This document shows positions 59,715 to 64,000 of a stretch of DNA of 64,000 nt, in pieces. The translations under genes were made by a program, and so were the position numbers. The stretch spans positions 1,240,001-1,304,000 of the forward strand of contig CATNEN010000038.1 in NCBI GenBank assembly GCA_950097015.1, written 5' to 3'. The notes below the pieces were generated by a model. The model saw only the letters and a program-made list of their open reading frames with translations. It did no database searches and was not told the DNA's origin. The DNA comes from Macrostomum hystrix (Eukaryota > Animalia > Platyhelminthes). Position 1 is the first letter of the stretch. The number at the start of each line of letters is the position of its first letter.

Positions 59715-60605
59715 ATGGCCACTTACCTAGCAACTATTCTACTGTCATGGATACTAATTTTAACTGGTCCAAATAATCCGTGCATTGCCGAGTCGAACGC
59801 AGTCACCAAGGGCCTATCTCCGTCAACAGCCTCTGTTCAGTCGCGCTCAATGGTGCCAAAGCCAGACGAGCTGCTGATTCGAGTAAACTGCAGTCCGCAC
59901 CTAGGCGGTCAGCCTGTGTCTTATCGTTTGGAATTTCGCCTAACTGACTGCGGCGGTGGCGGCACTGTTGTCTCCACATCGCCAATCGGTGCTGTAGCCG
60001 GGCCGAAACCGCGCCGATTTGAAACCGCCAGCATTGCGGCCGTGTCCGCCGCCACCTGGTGGCTATTCCGGCCTTCCGACTTGTCCCATCAGCCCGTTAC
60101 GTCGGGTTTGCCATTTCTGTCAGTTAAAATGGCGCCAAATTGTTCGGCCCTACTGCTGGGCCCGACGCCCACAATGTCCAACTTCGGTGGCAACTATGCC
60201 GTGCTAGTCGATGCCACCAGATGTCAGGTTGCAGATTTGTTGAATAAACTGCCGAGACTGCTGGCGGCTTATCTGACTGCTCCGGGCAGATGCATTCTGT
60301 ACGGCATTCAGGGCGCCACCACCGTGGGCGATCTAGAGTCTGGCCACGCAGCGGAGGTGTGTGTACTGATGCAGGAGAACGGCCATAGCAACCGGCGCAG
60401 CCTGCTGTCTGAAATCAGATCCGACAATAGAACCTGCTTTGCCTCGGCCGCCATTGTGCCTGGCGCGCCGGACAGTTTCATTAATCGCGTCTCAGTTGTG
60501 TTTGTCTCCGTGTCATTTGTACTGCTAGTGGCCATTAGCGTGTCCTGGATTGTGTTCTACTATGTTCAGCGATTCCGCTACAGGCACGCCAAGAAGCGAC
60601 TGTCG
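59715..60605 (+). CDS. Goliath/RNF130-149-150-type PA-TM-RING E3 ligase, first coding exon (3' partial; RING exons not identified in the window)
   Basis: Signal peptide; INRVSVVFVSVSFVLLVAISVSWIVFYYVQRFRY.HAK is the characteristic TM/juxtamembrane signature; donor GTGAGT at 60606. Confidence 0.82.
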
Positions 60606-60642
60606 GTGAGTTGTTACTGCGAGTTTAAATGGTGATCTGTTT

Positions 60643-63460
60643 CAGGTGAGGGAATTGGCAGATCTGCCTGAGAATCACAGGTGAGGGAGTTTAATTATCT
60701 GCCTGAGAATCACAGGTGAGGGAGTTTGATGATCTGCCTGAGAATCACAGGTGAGGGAGTTTAATGATCTGCCTGAGACTCACAGGTGAGGGAGTTTAAT
60801 GATCTGCCTGAGAATCACAGGTGAGGGAGTTTAATGATCTGCCTGAGACTCACAGGTGAGGGAGTTTAATGATCTGCCTGAGAATCACAGGTGAGGAAAG
60901 TGGCTGATCTGCCTGAGAATCACAGGTGAGGGAGTTTGATGATCTGCCTGAGAATCACAGGTGAGGGAGTTTAATGATCTGCGTGAGACTCACAGGTGAG
61001 GTAGTTTAATGATCTGCCTGAGAATCACAGGTGAGGGAGTTTGATGATCTGCCTGAGAATCACAGGTGAGGGAGTTTAATGATCTGCCTGAGAATCACAG
61101 ATGAGGGAGTTTAATGATCTGCCTGAGAATCACAGTTGAGGGAGTTTAATGATCTGCCTGAGAATCACAGGTGAGGGAAGTGGCTGATCTGCCTGAGAAT
61201 CACAGGTGAGGGGTTTTAATTATCTGCCTGAGAATCACAGGTGAGGGAGTTTAATGATCTGCCTGAGAATCACAGGTGAGGGAGTTTGATGATCTGCCTG
61301 AGAATCACAGGTGAGGGAGTTTAATGATCTGCCTGAGAATCAAAGGTGAGGAAGTTTAATGATCTGCCTGAGACTCACAGGTGAGGTAGTTTAATGATCT
61401 GCCTGAGAATCACAGGTGAGGGAGTTTAATGATCTGCCTGAGACTCACAGGTGAGGGAGTTTAATGATCTGCCTGAGACTCACAGGTGAGGGAGTTTAAT
61501 GATCTGCCTGAGAATCACAGGTGAGGGAGTTTAATGATCTGCCTGAGAATCACAGGTGAGGGAGTTTGATGATCTGCCTGAGAATCACAGGTGAGGGAGT
61601 TTAATGATCTGCGTGAGAATCACAGGTGAGGGAGTTTAATGATCTGCCTGAGAATCACAGGTGAGGGAGTTTAATGATCTGCCTGAGAATCACAGGTGAG
61701 GGAGTTTAATGATCTGCCTGAGAATCACAGGTGAGGGAGTTTGATGATCTGCCTGAGAATCACAGGTGAGGGAGTTTAATGATCTGCCTGAGAATCACAG
61801 GTGAGGGAGTTTAATGATCTGCCTGAGAATCACAGGTGAGGGAGTTTAATGATCTGCCTGAGACTGACAGGTGAGGGAGTTTAATGATCTGCCTGAGAAT
61901 CACAGGTGAGGGAGTTTGATGATCTGCCTGAGAATCACAGGTGAGGGAGTTTAATGATCTGCCTGAGAATCACAGGTGAGGGAGTTTAATGATCTGCCTG
62001 AGAATCACAGGTGAGGGAGTTTAATGATCTGCCTGAGAATCACAGGTGAGGGAGTTTGATGATCTGCCTGAGAATCACAGGTGAGGGAGTTTGATGATCT
62101 GCCTGAGAATCACAGGTGAGGGAGTTTAATGATCTGCCTGAGAATCACAGGTGAGGGAGTTTAATGATCTGCCTGAGAATCACAGGTGAGGGAGTTTAAT
62201 GATCTGCCTGAGAATCACAGGTGAGGGAGTTTGATGATCTGCCTGAGAATCACAGGTGAGGGAGTTTGATGATCTGCCTGAGAATCACAGGTGAGGGAGT
62301 TTAATGATCTGCCTGAGAATCACAGGTGAGGGAGTTTAATGATCTGCCTGAGAATCACAGGTGAGGGAGTTTAATGGTCTGCCTGAGAATCACAGGTGAG
62401 GGAGTTTGATGATCTGCCTGAGAATCACAGGTGAGGGAGTTTGATGATCTGCCTGAGAATCACAGGTGAGGGAGTTTAATGATCTGCCTGAGAATCACAG
62501 TTGAGGGAGTTTAATGATCTGCCTGAGAATCACAGGTGAGGGAGTTTAATGATCTGCCTGAGAATCACAGGTGAGGGAGTTTAATGATCTGCCTGAGAAT
62601 CACAGGTGAGGGAGTTTAATGATCTGCCTGAGAATCACAGGTGAGGGAGTTTGATGATCTGCCTGAGAATCACAGGTGAGGGAGTTTGATGATCTGCCTG
62701 AGAATCACAGGTGAGGGAGTTTAATGATCTGCCTGAGAATCACAGGTGAGGGAGTTTAATGATCTGCCTGAGAATCACAGGTGAGGGAGTTTAATGATCT
62801 GCCTGAGAATCACAGGTGAGGGAGTTTGATGATCTGCCTGAGAATCACAGGTGAGGGAGTTTGATGATCTGCCTGAGAATCACAGGTGAGGGAGTTTAAT
62901 GATCTGCCTGAGAATCACAGGTGAGGGAGTTTAATGATCTGCCTGAGAATCACAGGTGAGGGAGTTTAATGGTCTGCCTGAGAATCACAGGTGAGGGAGT
63001 TTGATGATCTGCCTGAGAATCACAGGTGAGGGAGTTTGATGATCTGCCTGAGAATCACAGGTGAGGGAGTTTAATGATCTGCCTGAGAATCACAGTTGAG
63101 GGAGTTTAATGATCTGCCTGAGAATCACAGGTGAGGGAGTTTAATGATCTGCCTGAGAATCACAGTTGAGGGAGTTTAATGATCTGCCTGAGAATCACAG
63201 GTGAGGGAGTTTAATGATCTGCCTGAGACTGACAGGTGAGGGAGTTTGATGATCTGCCTGAGAATCACAGGTGAGGGAAGTGTCTGATCTGCCTGAGAAT
63301 CACAGGTGAGGGAAGTGGCTGATCTGCCTGAGAATCACAGGTGAGGGAAGTGTCTGATCTGCCTGAGAATCACAGGTGAGGGAAGTGGCTGATCTGCCTG
63401 AGAATCACAGGTGAGGGAAGTGGCTGATCTGCCTGAGAATCACAGGTAATGGAAGTGGCA
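60643..63460. repeat. Intronic 35-bp satellite (GATCTGCCTGAGAATCACAGGTGAGGGAGTTTAAT)n, about 80 copies
   Basis: Direct tandem repeat starting about 40 bp after the donor. Confidence 0.98.
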
Positions 63461-64000
63461 AGTCTACCTATGGCGGTAGTGTTTCGCACCTAAAAATAAA
63501 GCCTGATAGTGAGGCTGTGAAGTCATAGAAAATTGCATTTTCAATTGACTGCTCAAGGCGTAGCTCAACGCCTTTGAGTCTGGCGGAAATCAGGCAGGAT
63601 TTGTGTCTATTTTTGTCCCCAAATTAGTCACCTGATGTTTAGTTAGTCTCATCCCAAATCCCAGATCCCCAGCCAGGGAAGCCCCGTCCGCTGTCCGCTC
63701 TGCATCTGTGCCTTCCTGTCTGTTGTTTTCATCACAAAAAGGCAGGCATTCTTTAAATATGAAAGCTCACTGCATGCCTTTTTGTATCATTCTATCGTGA
63801 TTAGGCCAGATTTCTGTCACGGTGCAGGCTCGGCCGAGAGACTTATCTTCTCCCGGCTACAGATGCCATACTGTATATTTATCTTTCGCAGTGCTTCTTT
63901 GTCCCATCCTCCCCCCAGCTTCATCAGCTCATTGTCATGAATCTAGTGCGCTTAGTTGACAACAGACTATTTTTATGAAATATTGTTATTCTGTTAGTGT

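Overview
Eukaryotic (metazoan) genomic DNA with GC-rich exons, GT-AG introns, AT-rich intergenic DNA and roughly a quarter or more of the window in short-period tandem arrays. This style suggests a free-living flatworm such as Macrostomum, but that is an inference. Genes reconstructed with phase-consistent splice sites: two tandem TRPM channel paralogs (one 5'-partial, one complete), a CaaX-ending ALDH3, a fibrinogen-domain protein with a PAN-like N-terminus, a small Cys-rich membrane protein, a GAB/DOS-like PH adaptor, a class A GPCR, CSTPP1 (C11orf49), centrin, and one exon of a Goliath/RNF130-150-type PA-TM-RING ligase. Mobile DNA: an intact RTE-type LINE with a 10-bp TSD, two hAT-Charlie-type MITEs that carry minisatellites, two tRNA-derived SINE families, a P-element/THAP relic and a foldback element. 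The most notable observations are: (i) a candidate centrin-CSTPP1 operon whose centrin may take its start AUG from a spliced leader; (ii) many unrelated satellites that share a CAGGT(G/A) splice-donor/E-box word, including about 80 sense-strand CAG|GTGAG copies just behind a real donor; (iii) homogenisation of the TRPM paralogs restricted to the channel core; (iv) MITEs acting as minisatellite carriers.
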